A program made the translations under genes and the position numbers. Below are positions 37,084-50,494 of a stretch of 64,000 nt of DNA, piece by piece. Each line of letters begins with the position of its first letter. The first letter of the stretch is position 1. The notes under the pieces were generated by a model, which had not been told where the DNA came from, made no database searches, and worked only from the letters and a program-made list of their open reading frames with translations. Source of the DNA: Iphione sp. A-MEVVRFRX5 (lineage: Eukaryota); contig OZ320313.1 of assembly GCA_976226885.1 (NCBI GenBank), forward strand, positions 147,188,001-147,252,000, written 5' to 3'.

Positions 37084-40000
37084 CTGCAGACAGAGAGGGG
37101 GGGGGGTAGAAGGGTTTCCCTCAAAAGAAATTAAATCTTGTTACCTTGGCAATCGTGGGGAGGGTTCTTTTGGTAATGGGTGGACTTGAAGACTGGGTGG
37201 TGGAATATCTTATGGAAGTCGACATGCAGACACTAGACGTTGTTAAACAGCTCCCGCCGGATGCCAACTGTCGCACCTCACGGCAGTGGCAACGTCAGTC
37301 TGTCCTGATGCCTTACTGTGTACATGTAATTGGTATCTAAAAGCTTTGCTGAGGGTCATTATTTTGGCAAGGCCAAAGAGTTATAATCAGCCGTTCCCCC
37401 ATCTCTCCAGGATTTGTGTTTGTGTCTGCCTGAAGATTTTGATGAGTTGGTCAAATATGTATATTAAAGACATATGTCATTGCCTGATATTATCTTGGAG
37501 CTAACCATCTCTCGAGGTCTAAGGAAGATTACGTCGCAATGATATTTCAGGTGCTTCTTTTCATTTCTCGGTGGTTACAAAATGATGGGGAAAAACATCC
37601 AACCTAAGAAAGACCAACCATTTCATCGAGTTCGATGACCCGACAAATCCTTCCAACCACATTAGACCAACGTGGAGCGAGCAGAGAACCTGGAGCCAGT
37701 TAATGACTTCAAGGCGACTCTCAGGTATAGATGTACGACTGAGATGCAAATACAAACCAGCCAGTGAACACGGCCAGACTTGCCTAAGGGCGGGCCTCGT
37801 TGTCCTCGGCACAGTGGTATTAACACCTGAGATTTTACTGCCAAGAGTCGCAGGCCGCAGCTCGCGGCCTCCGGCGAAGGGTCGTCAGTGATATATTAGT
37901 GGTCACCCCGGCTGGAGTGTCCTCCTGGTGACAAGAATGTTAACTATGGTGTCTGGCCCCCGATGACGTGAGACGTCTAGCCGGGTCCGCAGCAAATTTA
38001 TCCGCGGAGAATGCATTCAGTTTGAGAGACTACAGCTGAAAGGAGAGAACGTGTCATATAGCTCTTTAAACGATCTACTTGATAAAAGGCTTACAGATTA
38101 ATTAGATGTTTAATTCACATGTTGTTAGCACGTCTTTGAAATCTTTTCATAAATCATGGGTCAATTATGTCATATTAAGCATATATTGCACACAGCACAC
38201 CGCGTCGCCTTCTCTAAGACAACGAATCCTTGTAGATAAAACTGAAAGCATCTTAAACATATCCTCTTACAAAGTTTTACGAAGGGAATCGAATACAAAG
38301 CGGCAGTTATCAATATCAATTACAACGCATTGGGAATTTCGTACTGTTACGGGTGGCGAAAGGGAACAGATATCGACACTGTTGAAGCAGAGCCCTAGTT
38401 CACAACCGGTATAAACGTCGTAACCAAGTATGAATAGTTGGTATTCGTTGCATGTTCTCTTTCTGGCGGAAAATGTTTGGAAAAATTAAAAGGAAACAAA
38501 AACAGGATGTTACCACATTGCAGTTGGCTGTTAGAAAAAAAAAACTGTTCAACGGAGATCTCATTCGGGTGGCAAGGAAACGGCGAGATATTGATGAATA
38601 ATGTATTACGACTAATTAAACTATCGAGGCCATTAGATTACTCCTGATGGGCAGGGCAGGTGGTAATGTTTTGTCCATCAATTTGCCCCTCTTCGCACAG
38701 CACGACCGCTGCATATCGATCATCTCTTTGTTTTAGGCATCCATACTAATCCATCTTCGTTGTGCAGAGCTGAGAGTGGAGCGACTACTTTCTGTCAGCT
38801 ACCTGAACCACGAGTCTATCATTTTGAGTCCCGGTCTGCTAGGTTTAAAAACGTGGCAACGTTCCTGATCGGTTGATCCCCATGTGTAGACATCGACGAA
38901 CAAGTCTCGCTTCGGAGAATGCATACGTAGCTGAGGTCATTTCAAGCATGAATCACAACGCATCATCCACTCTCTCATTTTCTCTCTCCTACTTTCATTC
39001 TCTTTCTTTTCCCTCTTTCCCCCTCTCTACGTGTATTTCACTTCATTTCATTGTATCTTTAACCAGGAATATATTCACCTATCATTAGGACAGGGCTCTT
39101 CCATATCCTCCTGGGGTAGCATACTGTCATCTATCTCCTGCCTTGATGACGAAGTATATTTAATATATTTAATTCATTCTCTTTGTTTCCACAAAGGATT
39201 AGTCCATGATATACTGATATTTTCATATGGTGGGTGTTGATCTTATGTATATTCGAAGGATCACATCCTTATTGGTCCATTGGCATGGTTAGGTTAAAAA
39301 CAGTCTTATTTAGGGCAACACCCATGTTAAAATTCTGTGTATATATCAATTGTAATTTTATCTGCACCGTGTCAGAAGCCCTTTACACGGTATTGATATC
39401 TTCTTTTTCACACCAGAGTCACACACCTTGTGATTCAGGGAACTCTAAAATTTCCTTGTGTAATGAAAATTCACATTACGAAAACGTTTATTTTATCCAG
39501 GTCAAACACTGTATGCTGACACCCGACGTTCTTCTTCCTGAGTTGCATCTGGTAAAACTGTAAAGTTAATAGGAAATCGCATATGTGTAACGGGACGATG
39601 GGACGCTCATTTAGTGGAAAGCTCATTTAATAATTCTAGTCCCTGTGTTGAAACACAAAATACATGCCCTAAAGCCAGAAAGATACGTGGACACATTTCC
39701 GTCTTTTTTTCGACGGATTCAATATATATGCGTTTCAGTAAATGGCATTTAGACAATACCTCTTTCTGTGTCATTTTCCCGTCCTTTTCTTCTGTATGCT
39801 GAGATATCCCATTCCAAAACTTTAATTTGCTCATTTCGCTTCCACTCATTCACATTTACATAATGTCCTTTCTTTTCTCAGGCTGACTGAAATCTGTTAT
39901 TCACGGCATGTCAACATTTAAAAAGTAAGAAATGTGTTTTGATCATGAACCCACTGTGTTTGTGGGGTGCCATAAGCTTCCAGGATAAAACGTGTAATGC

Positions 40001-40475
40001 AAAATTAAAACCTAGGTGTGACAACGATGTTCCATAAGGAAAACTTTCGGAAACATTTGTTCTCTCGGTACAATTCATGTAATGCTCTCCAGTGATACTA
40101 AATGCATATATGAGACGTGAATGTTTTGCCGCATTACCGACCTGTCTCTTTGTACGTGAAACTGAGGAGTCGGGCTTTTTAGGTGGATAGTTGGTCTAGG
40201 TCTGGAGATAACGACGTTCACTGGAGAGAGAAAGAAAGAAAGGGAGAGATGGAGACAAACAGACAGACAGTCAGACGCAACAAGAACCTAGTCTCACACC
40301 CAGTAACACTCAACTTGACGACTTTCAGGCACCTCCAATAGTCATTTTTATTCGCCTTTTAAAGTGGTGCCTAACGGCATGTGATCCCCTCCAGATCGGC
40401 CGACCAGACTGGGCTTCGCACGGCCTTACATGGCGAATGCCGCGTCGAACGGCCGACCTCCGTCGTCTGTAAACT

Positions 40476-40521
40476 CCCCACCCCCTCCCCTTTCTGACGT
40501 CACAGGAGGTGCCTGACGTCA
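40476..40521 (-). promoter_or_regulatory. Tandem perfect CRE pair plus GC box; candidate promoter
   Basis: TGACGTCA at 40495-40502 and 40514-40521 (19 bp start to start). On the minus strand these are followed by ggggagggggtgggg (Sp/KLF-like) and a CpG-rich stretch ending in a donor-like CAT|GTAAGG at 40429. Confidence 0.5.
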
Positions 40522-43500
40522 AGCGGCGATGGAAAAGCAGAGTGGGGCTGTGTTTCCACCCACTGAGCTTAATTGTGAGCCGTCTGCCTGAACAAACACT
40601 ACTTTGAGCTGAATTATCCCTCTTCTCTGGCTCTTACATAGTGTTGAAGAAAACCGGCGAACCGCTTTCCGACAACCTCAATGCATATTTAGAACAATCG
40701 CCGTATATACAACGGAAGGTGCTCCTTCTCGGAGGCCCCTACTCGCTCATGGCCTGACCATGTACGACTTGTTAGCCATCAGCCCCACCGATCTCCTTGC
40801 ATAATTACCCATCACGACGGGCAATATCTGCTGTCTCACCCTCGTAGATCCTCACGCCGACGGCCACATCCCGGGCATCACCTACGTTGCGCTGCTGGGC
40901 GAATATTCCACGAGATTACAATGACAAAAGGCCCTGCCATAAATAGCCAGACCTCGCGGGTTTACGCCTAGGGTTGATGCTAAGAAATAGCAGAGGCAGT
41001 GATGGTCGTCTAGTGGGATATGTCCCGTGAATGTCCCTGCTGGTGGCCAGGGGCACGCACGAGCAGCGAGAGCAGTCCCATATAGTTACTCCACACCACG
41101 ACACGAGACCTTTTCGCGAATATAACTTCACCGGTCGGTTGGAAGAGGCCGGGGGACGGAGAGAGACTGATTGATTGGCAAGGGACTTTTTCTCTCGTCA
41201 GCGGACCTTCCTTTCCCTGAGAATACCTGCATGAAAGCGTATGGCTACAAGGATGCCTGGGTCTCTGCCCAAGAAAAGCCACTCTGGCCATAGATGGTCA
41301 CGGTCCGTGCCGGCAGACAGGGACGTCTTAAGAGGCTGTATATGTGACAGGGCATGGCCCAGCTCGCCTACGATAAAAGGCATCCCCGGCGGGGGGGAGA
41401 CAACGAGATAGCCATCCACTGCCTCGGCATCTAACAAGACCTTCACGAAGAGCCCTTTATACAGAGATACGAATAATGTATGTCGGGAAGGAACAAAGGG
41501 GCGCCACCCTTCAGACACAAAAGAGTCATATTCATGATTGCATCTTAAGCCCATTGGGTACATCTGGAAATCCCGCCGCATTTTATAAATCATTCCAACG
41601 TCGCCCCCCCCCGACATCAGATCTGTGGTACAGGTGGCCTAATCTATTTTGTTGAGCGGTTGTTCTCCTTCTTTTCTGAATGACATAGTCCTGGCATATA
41701 TGACTCATGAATCATTTTGAAAGGTCTGGAAAATAAAGGCCACTCTATGAAAATGATAACAGATATCTGACGACTGTCTTCTTCGATATCAAAACATTAG
41801 ATCGTTTGACCAGCATACACTTTACTCACAAACATTATTATGCTTATTTTCTAGTAGCTGCTCTCATCCAATAAACCGGAGAGCCAAGCTCTCGTGCTCA
41901 CCGTACGTTGATATCGAGTGGATATACAGCAAAAGGTTAACGACTAGGTACTTAGAAGAGAAGGGACGTACATTCCTACAGTAAATATATTGAAACATGG
42001 ATGAGGTTGTCGACAGTCCCTATTACTGCAAGGAATAACGACGCAAATGCCCCATAAAGATGTGTAGGAAGACAGGAGGAGAGGCAGTAAATAGGGGCTG
42101 ACGGCTCGCTGGATCCTGGGTTGAGATGTGTTGACAAAGGTTCAGGAGGGAGGCTCTTCGGACCGAGGGAGAGACTTCCTGGTGGTCCGGGATGGAGGAT
42201 ACCGACATGGACAGCAAGTGTTCAGAGCCTCTTCCGAGGGGCAATGACGCGTCTTTTCGGGAGGGGAGAGTGTACTGCACCCAAGGCAAGAGTATAGGTA
42301 GCGAGAAGGAAGAGACGGTATCACTTCAATAAAAGGATCTGGTCATTTTAGGAACATGAAGCGGGATTTGTTATCATGGGAAGAAATTCTAATTTATTCA
42401 GCCAGAGGATCCTGTACAGAGATGCAGCTGACTATGGAGCAGGACACGGAGGGTTATGGTTGAAAACTATATCTCTCTGCCATGCAGGGGGATTGAGATG
42501 CAAGGGCTGCAGATCAATATAGAACTGAAAACCACATGCAAATTAGTCATCAATTCCCATTTGGCCCGGAGTTTTACTCCGATGTGCTCTGCACGCATCT
42601 AGTAGGCTGGCTATTCTAAGCTTGTCTGCATCGTTTCGAAGAACGCACTTTTCCAGGGACACAACAAGATGTAGTATCCCTTTGCGTTGCTCCATTTTCT
42701 CGGTTGGAGCGTTATCGGAGATGTACTCCGGTCGATATCGTTCGAGAGGATTCTCGTCCATTACCCTGATTAAAGTGCAATTAATGTCCTCGCGAAAGGC
42801 AACATGTCTGCCTTTCATCTCACCTTAGCTAGTCCATCCTGAATCTTAGTCCTCGACTGATGGTAGTGGTAATGGCAAAGTCTGTAATCAAATATCTGAA
42901 TATCACCTACATGGTCTAAGACTCATCCCAACTATGCTCGTTTTGGAAGACTAATTTCACATCTAAAACACCTGGAAATGTCCCCCGAGCCCTCGAGCCT
43001 CCTTGATATTTCTAGAACAGGTCGAGGACTATCACAATTCCGTTTCCTCACCACCAATAGTGCGGTAAACCCTAAACAACTGGGAACACCCTTGGTTCCC
43101 AGTGAAAGCGGTCCCATAAGCGGGGTGTCTTCAGTCCTCGATGGTTCTATGTATAGCAAAAATATAATGCTAATTCAGTCCCCATTCATGAGGTCCTACT
43201 GTACGTCGTATCTAAAGAGTATCAATGAAATATGTAGATAACATGTAGTCTCAATGTAGTTTGTGCCTGTATCATTTTCAATATAAGCCTTTTTCAAGAC
43301 TTACCCAGGGGAGCGTACTATAAAAAGCTCCAGATCAGTTAGTGTCAGATGAAATGGACCCATAACTTTTGGGAGGGACCTTCAAATTGTTGGAGGTATT
43401 AGAAAGCCAGAGAGGCACATTTTCTAACCACAGAAAAGGGAAACAAAAATATCCCCTCCAGAGAAATGACCAACATCCTAACATCTACAAAAAAAACCCC

Positions 43501-46500
43501 ACTCACTTGAAGAGGGGGTAAGGCTGCCCTTGGACTTGCACCTTTGGTCTAAATGTCGATGAATGGCTATATTATATTTACCGCTAAAAATTGTGATGAA
43601 TCACTGCAGGCCGGGCAAACCCAGCGCAACACGTGCAACCCGATGACATGGTGGGTCGGATATTGCTGACGGCCATCGTGTTTTCGACACCGGTGCACGG
43701 GACTGTGCTGAATTAAAAGAAAACGGCAAGGGACCAGGTGGCAACAATGGCGACAGACCTCTCCATCACAAGGACTAACCTGGAGCCCTGACTTCCAGAG
43801 AAGAACCTACACACAGCGGCCGACTTACCGACACCTTCAGGCTATATTCCCTCACATGGGAAAGTTATAAAGGAAAGATGGCTGACGGGGTAAATTATTG
43901 ACGTCCACTTTGAAGACAAGGGGAACCTTCACAGATGTCAAGCACAGTTTTCCATGTACCCATATTCAAATATTCAGATTCTCAAGACTGTGTGGCCTAA
44001 CGCCACTTGTGACCAGACTACGTTTAAGGTGTTCACTTAAAATAAGGGCGACAAATGTACAACGATGAGAACCAATGCCTGAACAAATAAATATTGAGCC
44101 AAATATATCGGTACTCTCTCGCTAAAATGACCCCTCTCTCATAACAAGGTTTCTCGGAACAACGTTATTCCATAAAGCACACCTGATTCGTTACTAGAGG
44201 TTCACCCGTACAGTTATCAAGGCTACAGTCCCCGAGAAAAGGCCAACAACAAACGGACACGCTGGAGATCACACATGCAGCTGCCTGGCTATTTTGTCTC
44301 TCCATATCTCTCGGGCGCCACAGGTACTTAACACCTGGTACAAAAAGACCGAGATAAATGCACAGTGTTGATTGGTGGCGTCTTTCAGCACAAAGGGGGG
44401 AATGTCCCATTATTCAGTCGGGGCGCCCATTTACTGTTGTTATGCATACACACAAAGCAACCCAAGCGTTTTGTGTTCCCTTGCTCATGGTGCAATGTGG
44501 CTACAGAATCGCCCAGACCACTATTATAATTGGAATCCAAGCGTGAAAATACCTACACATCAGTTCTCTATTATTTTAATCGCACGATTTCCAGTGCTTT
44601 TGATACTTTTTGCCACGATGCATCAACAATGAATGACTGAACAGATAGATACCATTCTATCGCAATGACATGAAACCGAAGTGACATGACATTTGATTCT
44701 TAGGGGCCGTTCACATGTAGCCTTATTTTCTTACATCTACGGATCCTTGACGTAGGAAAATATTCATCCTATCGTCAATGAAGTAAACCCTTCACATGTG
44801 GCCGTATCTGTATTTTCCTGCATCGGAGGAAACAGAAAATTAAGGGAGGATTTTGTAATTGTATGGGTGTGTTCGTTTTCTACACCGGGCGTCTGTAATA
44901 TGACCGATATTATGAGTCTGCATTCCCAGTAGAAATGCCACTTCGTTTACATGTTTTAGACAGATCCTTTCGAACCCTTCAGGCCTAGTGAAAATGTATG
45001 CACAGTATTCTGACGTATCCATTGAGTGTTGCGCTTGGCAATCTGCACATTGTACATCATGTACAGAGGGATGCATCAATTGATCCTCCCCGGAACTGTC
45101 ATCTATTGCGTTACAACACGAAATTTTGCATCGGTTTTGACGTCATAAGAGGCAGTCAACCGAGGATCGCTTTTATATCTCACGTAGTAGTAGTGAAAAG
45201 TGTGAAGAATCGCGTTGTAACGTACTTTATGACCACTCGGTGTACGGTCAGTTTTTATCCAACATTGTCCGCATTTTGGTATGACAGGTGCTTTTTCCCG
45301 TACATAGCACTGTTTGGGATAAGATGCCAACATATACGAATCAATATATTTGACGCATAACGCACAGCGGATGGGTCGAAATGCTTGGACACCGGGGCCT
45401 CACATCACAGATAGTAACAAGTACTCTAGAGAATATGCGCATAGATTCCGATGCAAATGGCCACAAGTAAATAACATCTCTCTGTGTATATACGGTAGGA
45501 CATAAACTTCTGCGAAATGACATGTTTCTTAGCACCCACTAATCCCCTTCAGGGTCCCTATGCAAATATTTTATCAGGCGACTGAGATAATTCCTCAAAA
45601 GTTGAGGATTTAGGGGACAGCTTTGTACCGTTTCGTCGGGCGATCCGATCAGCTTCCCGTGTCCCCCAGTGACCCCCATGACACTGGCTCACAGAAGAAC
45701 ATGAGAACTCCATAGCGACTGTCAAACCTGACCACCCGACACCAGCGGGACGTTCATCAGTATAGGAGTTGACTTCACAAGGGAAAAGCCGGGAAGGATC
45801 GTTTGATGTCGTCCCCGCGACAGGGGATGCAAACCAAGATCGCCTTAGAATGAGGAGGATGCATTCTGAGGATAGAGTGGAAGGAGAGGAGATTCAACTT
45901 GGGACCAGACAAAATGACTTTAGCCGAATATGATCAAATATAGTTTCCCCACCACCAGACTTCGCGTATGTGGTTGTTTGTTCCAGAGGTAGGTATCTGG
46001 AATGTGGGTGGATGCGAGCGCACAGTTTTTAAAAAGGTAACAACTCATATTGTGGGCAACTCCGCTAAGAAAGCACCTAAGAATTAAGGGCAAAGAAGGC
46101 TCGTCCCAATGGTTCATTCACTATATTATAACCAAACATGTAATACGACGATTCCTAGCTGAGAGCAGAATTGTCTGATCCCACTGTTTGTCTTAATTTT
46201 GAGTTCCTATTGTACAGAGAAAGCTAAGGAACATCATAGTAACTTTAACCAGAACCAAATCCTGACCCTTCATGAAAAACAACCACAGGATACTATACTA
46301 GACAGCCAACGTCGTCTTCCTAGAGAGAAATACAATACTAACAAGGTGGACTTAAAATGTAATGCGTTGGTGCTAATGGAAACTATTCAATAATAACACA
46401 CCCTTGAAAGGAAGGGAAAAACACTTAAATCTATTAATAGCCCTTGCTTTTGAACGGGAAAGAGGGAGGAATTGATTTTTGCTGATGTGGACTTCCTAGG

Positions 46501-46959
46501 AGTACGACAGCTGTTTTAAAGATTTGCAATCATTATCAGGCACAATATCTAAACTTTTCTCATCTGGTTCTCGATGTCTCCTTTCATGGTTCAAGCGTAT
46601 GGTGCTGTGTAACTTATGTTTCTTCTCACTTTTTCCTATGAGGTCCAGTGGCAAAATGCATAATCTGCATACATATGAATGCACGGCATGATATGCAAAA
46701 TAAGTCCTTAAACCTGATATCTGTGACATCCCCGTAAAACATACAGTGTATTTATTTTTAGTGGACATCGTTTGTAAACATTGTTGCCTAGAGACGAGTG
46801 GATTTATACTCAATGTGGTCCTATCGTATTAATTAATTTTTCAATTTTGACACAATTATCTTCGACACTTTTCCGGACAGATGTAGGGGGAAATCGAGAT
46901 ATGACTGTACCCTATCCGCTGGTTTGTCCCTTCCATAGAAGGATGGGGGACTTAACCTA

Positions 46960-48090
46960 GAGAAAGCCACAGACAGATAGAGAGAGAGAGAGGGAAAGAT
47001 TGTGTGTGAGTACAGGGAGGGAGCAACAGGTAGATATGTAGGGAAACGAACTGAGAGAAAGATGTAGGGAGTGAGTGAGAGTGAGTCAAAGTAAAACGGA
47101 AGGAGGAAGAGACAAAATGAGGTGGACTAACAACTAGAGAGTGTAGGCATTCAACCATAAATCTCAATCTAATAAGAAATCTACCATTATCTAAGAGACT
47201 TCTTTTATGTAACATTTTATAAGGCTAGTGTACTAAAAAGCCACCTACTGGTACTTTTTCTTTCTACTGGAGTCTATCACTAATCGTTCCGAGACCGAGC
47301 CGTGTTTTCTCGGCTGTTGAGCCTAGCTGGCCTGTAGAAATATACCCGTCACGTAGACTCTGCCGTCCTAAACGTAGAAGCACTACTGAGGAACTAATGT
47401 CCCGAAACCAGATTCGCGGCCACAAGGCCTCCAGAGGTTTGAGTCTGGGAGTTATAATGCCCATCAGGCAATGCTGCGCTTAGAGTGGACGGACATTTTC
47501 TAATAGAAAATATCCCGTAGTGAGGGGCTTGATTGAATTAGAAAGACGACAAAGTCAAAAGAAATTACGACAAACTGCCATGATGCGAAAGGCGTTTTGG
47601 AGGACATGATAGAGATGGTGCGAGTCCGAGAAAGGAAGATGTTTAAAACACGGCTACATCAGAGAGGGAGCAACGCAGCACACTTCCATACAAAAGACGT
47701 CCATGTAGATCAGGCAAACAAAAAGAGGGTGAAAATGAATCTAAGGAAAGGGTAGGGCAGAAATAATTGGCCAAATCACGACTTTTAGGATTACAAGAAA
47801 GGTTTAGCACAGTGCTGTAGGTCTGAGGAAAGAGCTGGAGAAAAGGTTTTGGGGGGATGGGTAAGGTGGCAAAAGGACGGTGAGGTGGACAGAAGGAGCG
47901 TAACGAATGTGGGGGGAAATGCCCGAATAGAAGAGCAGGCGACACGCAGACAGGGAGTACTGTAACTGGAGACGGAGAAAACGAGTTACGATGACAGGGC
48001 AATAAGCATACAGACAGGTGTAGAATAAAAAAAATAAGAGATGTGAATAAGGAGGGCAAGAAAGCAGAAAGGGCGGCAGAAGGAAAGCCA
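46960..48090. repeat. Two blocks of degenerate purine-rich low-complexity sequence (about 46960-47115 and 47700-48090)
   Basis: Strong A/G bias on the + strand. It produces the F/L/S/P-rich antisense ORFs in the track. Confidence 0.7.
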
Positions 48091-48832
48091 CATTTTATGC
48101 AGCTCGGGATGAGCTGAGGGACCTTTGTGGATGGCACTGTCTCTTCGACAACCAACGGTCGTTGCTGTGTTAGCAAACACCTCCTAAGGAGTTGCCGACT
48201 ATCAACTTCTTCGTCTCTACCAGGCGGCGCGTCTGTCCACTATTATCGACGGCAACATCAAACGCCCTCTTTTCCTTGCCTCTTCAGAGCTGGCGTCGCC
48301 TCCGTCTGTCTCCGACATCGGCAGCCTTCCGGTCAGAGCAATTACACCAGAAGACATGATTGCCAATTTGCTCACTAGTTCCGCCGGGGAATACACGGGA
48401 TGTCATAACGGTGCAGGTCAGAAGGAACCGCAGCCAGTATAACGAAACGGAAAATGATATGTCCTATATAAGATACGTCTGCCAGCTACATTGGAAGCCT
48501 TGTCATATATAGAGACCTACATTTTTACAAAAGAGATATTTTTGAAGCCCTACAGTAGAATAATGCGTAGTACTGTACAAAATAACACTTATGGTTCCAA
48601 CCAATTTCGGAGCATGAGGCGAAGTGAACGGTGGAGAGAGCTAGTTTAGTGTGCATAACAGAGCAACCTATTTCATAGCCATTTTAACCATGAAAGATGG
48701 CCACTGAGTTCCTACGGTAGAAGTGTAATATACTGAGCACCAGATCCTACTCCTTTTTTCGTGGTTTTTAGGGTTTTATAATTAAGACTCGCGTGGGTCT
48801 TCTCTTAAACCAACTAGATGTTTCCAATGAGG

Positions 48833-49184
48833 TAAGGCCAAAAATATAGGTGTGTTTCTGGTTACAACCAGCCAAAAACCTAGGTAGAGAGGGGGGTATC
48901 TTTTTTAAATATTTTGTCCCACTTTCTTTGTCTGGTTTTCAATAGTAATACTAATAAATAGAATATAAAGAATTTTGACCAGTTTGCATGAATTTTACAG
49001 TTTTTTGCTGAATTTTCATGGATTTTACTGTTTTTCTATTGAATTTACCCAAAACATGTGCTATGAGAACATGAATCTAAAGAAATTCAGCATTGGAAAC
49101 TTCTTGGGGCCAAAAAACCTTTAGGTAGGGTGAGGTTTTACTAGATAGGGGTGGTTATCAGAAACACACCTATTGTTGGCCTTA
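48833..49184. mobile_element. Complete MITE (about 350 bp) with TA|AGGCC...GGCCT|TA termini
   Basis: The imperfect TIRs are taaggccaaaaatataggtgtgtttctggtta and its reverse complement at the other end (taaggccaacaataggtgtgtttctgataa). The interior is AT-rich and non-coding. A second copy lies at 28551-28893. Confidence 0.85.
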
Positions 49185-49906
49185 GGAGTCTCATTTTAAA
49201 ACAGGTAGTTAAGAAGCGCTGGTTGTCGCCACTGAAACCAGCAGTCTCAATCTAGTGGACCACCACCCGGAGAGCAGATGAATTGCTTCTTTTTAAAAAT
49301 AGGAAGTCTAATCAGGAATACATCTTCATCCCCACCATAAGTCCTGATTAGACAGAAGCTTAAAAACAAGGCCATGAATATTGGTCCCGACCAGGGATGA
49401 ACTCACAGTTGTCACTGTTATGATACGTGCATTTGCAGGGAATTGCCACATACCCCTAGTGTATTCTCTAGAACGCTCACTACATAAAACATAAATTTGA
49501 TTGTCGTTAGCACCCTAAAAAGATATTCCTTTCAGCAAAGACATGTAGTCTGAAAGCTTATGAGTGAAAGATCCATAGACATTGATCGAAGTTAGAGGAA
49601 CATTCCCCCTACAGGGACGTCCGGTGGGGCAGGCATCGACTCCAGGCTTATCCTAGAACATCATCTTGAACATTAATCTCACTCTCCTGACGCAGGGTTC
49701 AGGTGCTGAGGAAATGTCAATGAAGAGATGACGGCGGGAGATCAAGGATAAACAGGCCAGTCTGAAAGCTAGAGAAAGTAAACGACTTAAACGCGTCTGT
49801 CATGTAAAACTTCCCAGGCAGACCATCCCTCGGCCAAAGAAATGTCACAGTGCCAACAGCTCTGTCACACGGGAGAAGAATCATTCAGAGAGCTCCTGCT
49901 CCTCCT

Positions 49907-50100
49907 NNNNNNNNNNNNNNNNNNNNNNNNNNNNNNNNNNNNNNNNNNNNNNNNNNNNNNNNNNNNNNNNNNNNNNNNNNNNNNNNNNNNNNNNNNNNNN
50001 NNNNNNNNNNNNNNNNNNNNNNNNNNNNNNNNNNNNNNNNNNNNNNNNNNNNNNNNNNNNNNNNNNNNNNNNNNNNNNNNNNNNNNNNNNNNNNNNNNNN
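49907..50100. other. Assembly gap (194 N) flanked by CCT- and CAT-type trinucleotide repeats
   Basis: Run of n. The left flank is ctcctgctcctcct and the right flank is catcatcattatcatcatc. Confidence 1.
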
Positions 50101-50351
50101 TCAACGTCATCATCATTATCATCATCAACATGATCTTATCATAGTCTAACAGACACATTGGTAATGATTCTCCAATATCACTGGATCAAAATACGAACAA
50201 CGAATGTAGAATCACACGACAGTGAACACTGTGTTTTCTTCATCCATCTGACAGTTACTAGAAATTCACTAAAACATCATTATAAGCACGTCTTGTTTTG
50301 CAGAAGTAGTGTTTAACTCCCAGAAATACGTTATTCTGACGAACAGTCAAC

Positions 50352-50494
50352 TACAGTAGAGACCCGGTTAAAAACGATATCACAGAGACCTAACCTGGGC
50401 CCAAAGCATGTCAATGTATATACCAAACCAAGGAGGAGACTCACAGTGGCAATTGGCCTATTCTAATCTTGGTCTCCTACGTTGGTCTCAACTG
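50352..50494. mobile_element. Tc1/mariner-type MITE related to 20409-20598
   Basis: TIR cagtagagacc / ggtctcaactg (10 of 11 match). Shares the subterminal ggtctcctacg with the 20.5 kb element. The 3' TA is not preserved. Confidence 0.55.

Noticed and set aside
43650-43780. Signal-peptide-like MVGRILLTAIVFSTPVHG, and ARDCAELKENG (like a fibrinogen-domain start) in another frame
   Set aside because: Both are cut by stops within a few codons and no downstream domain motifs follow.
46952-48180. Long F/L/S/P-rich minus-strand ORFs
   Set aside because: Artefacts of purine-rich low-complexity DNA.
18915-50158. ORFs spanning the two N gaps (18915-19425 and 49842-50158)
   Set aside because: Their length comes from ambiguous bases.
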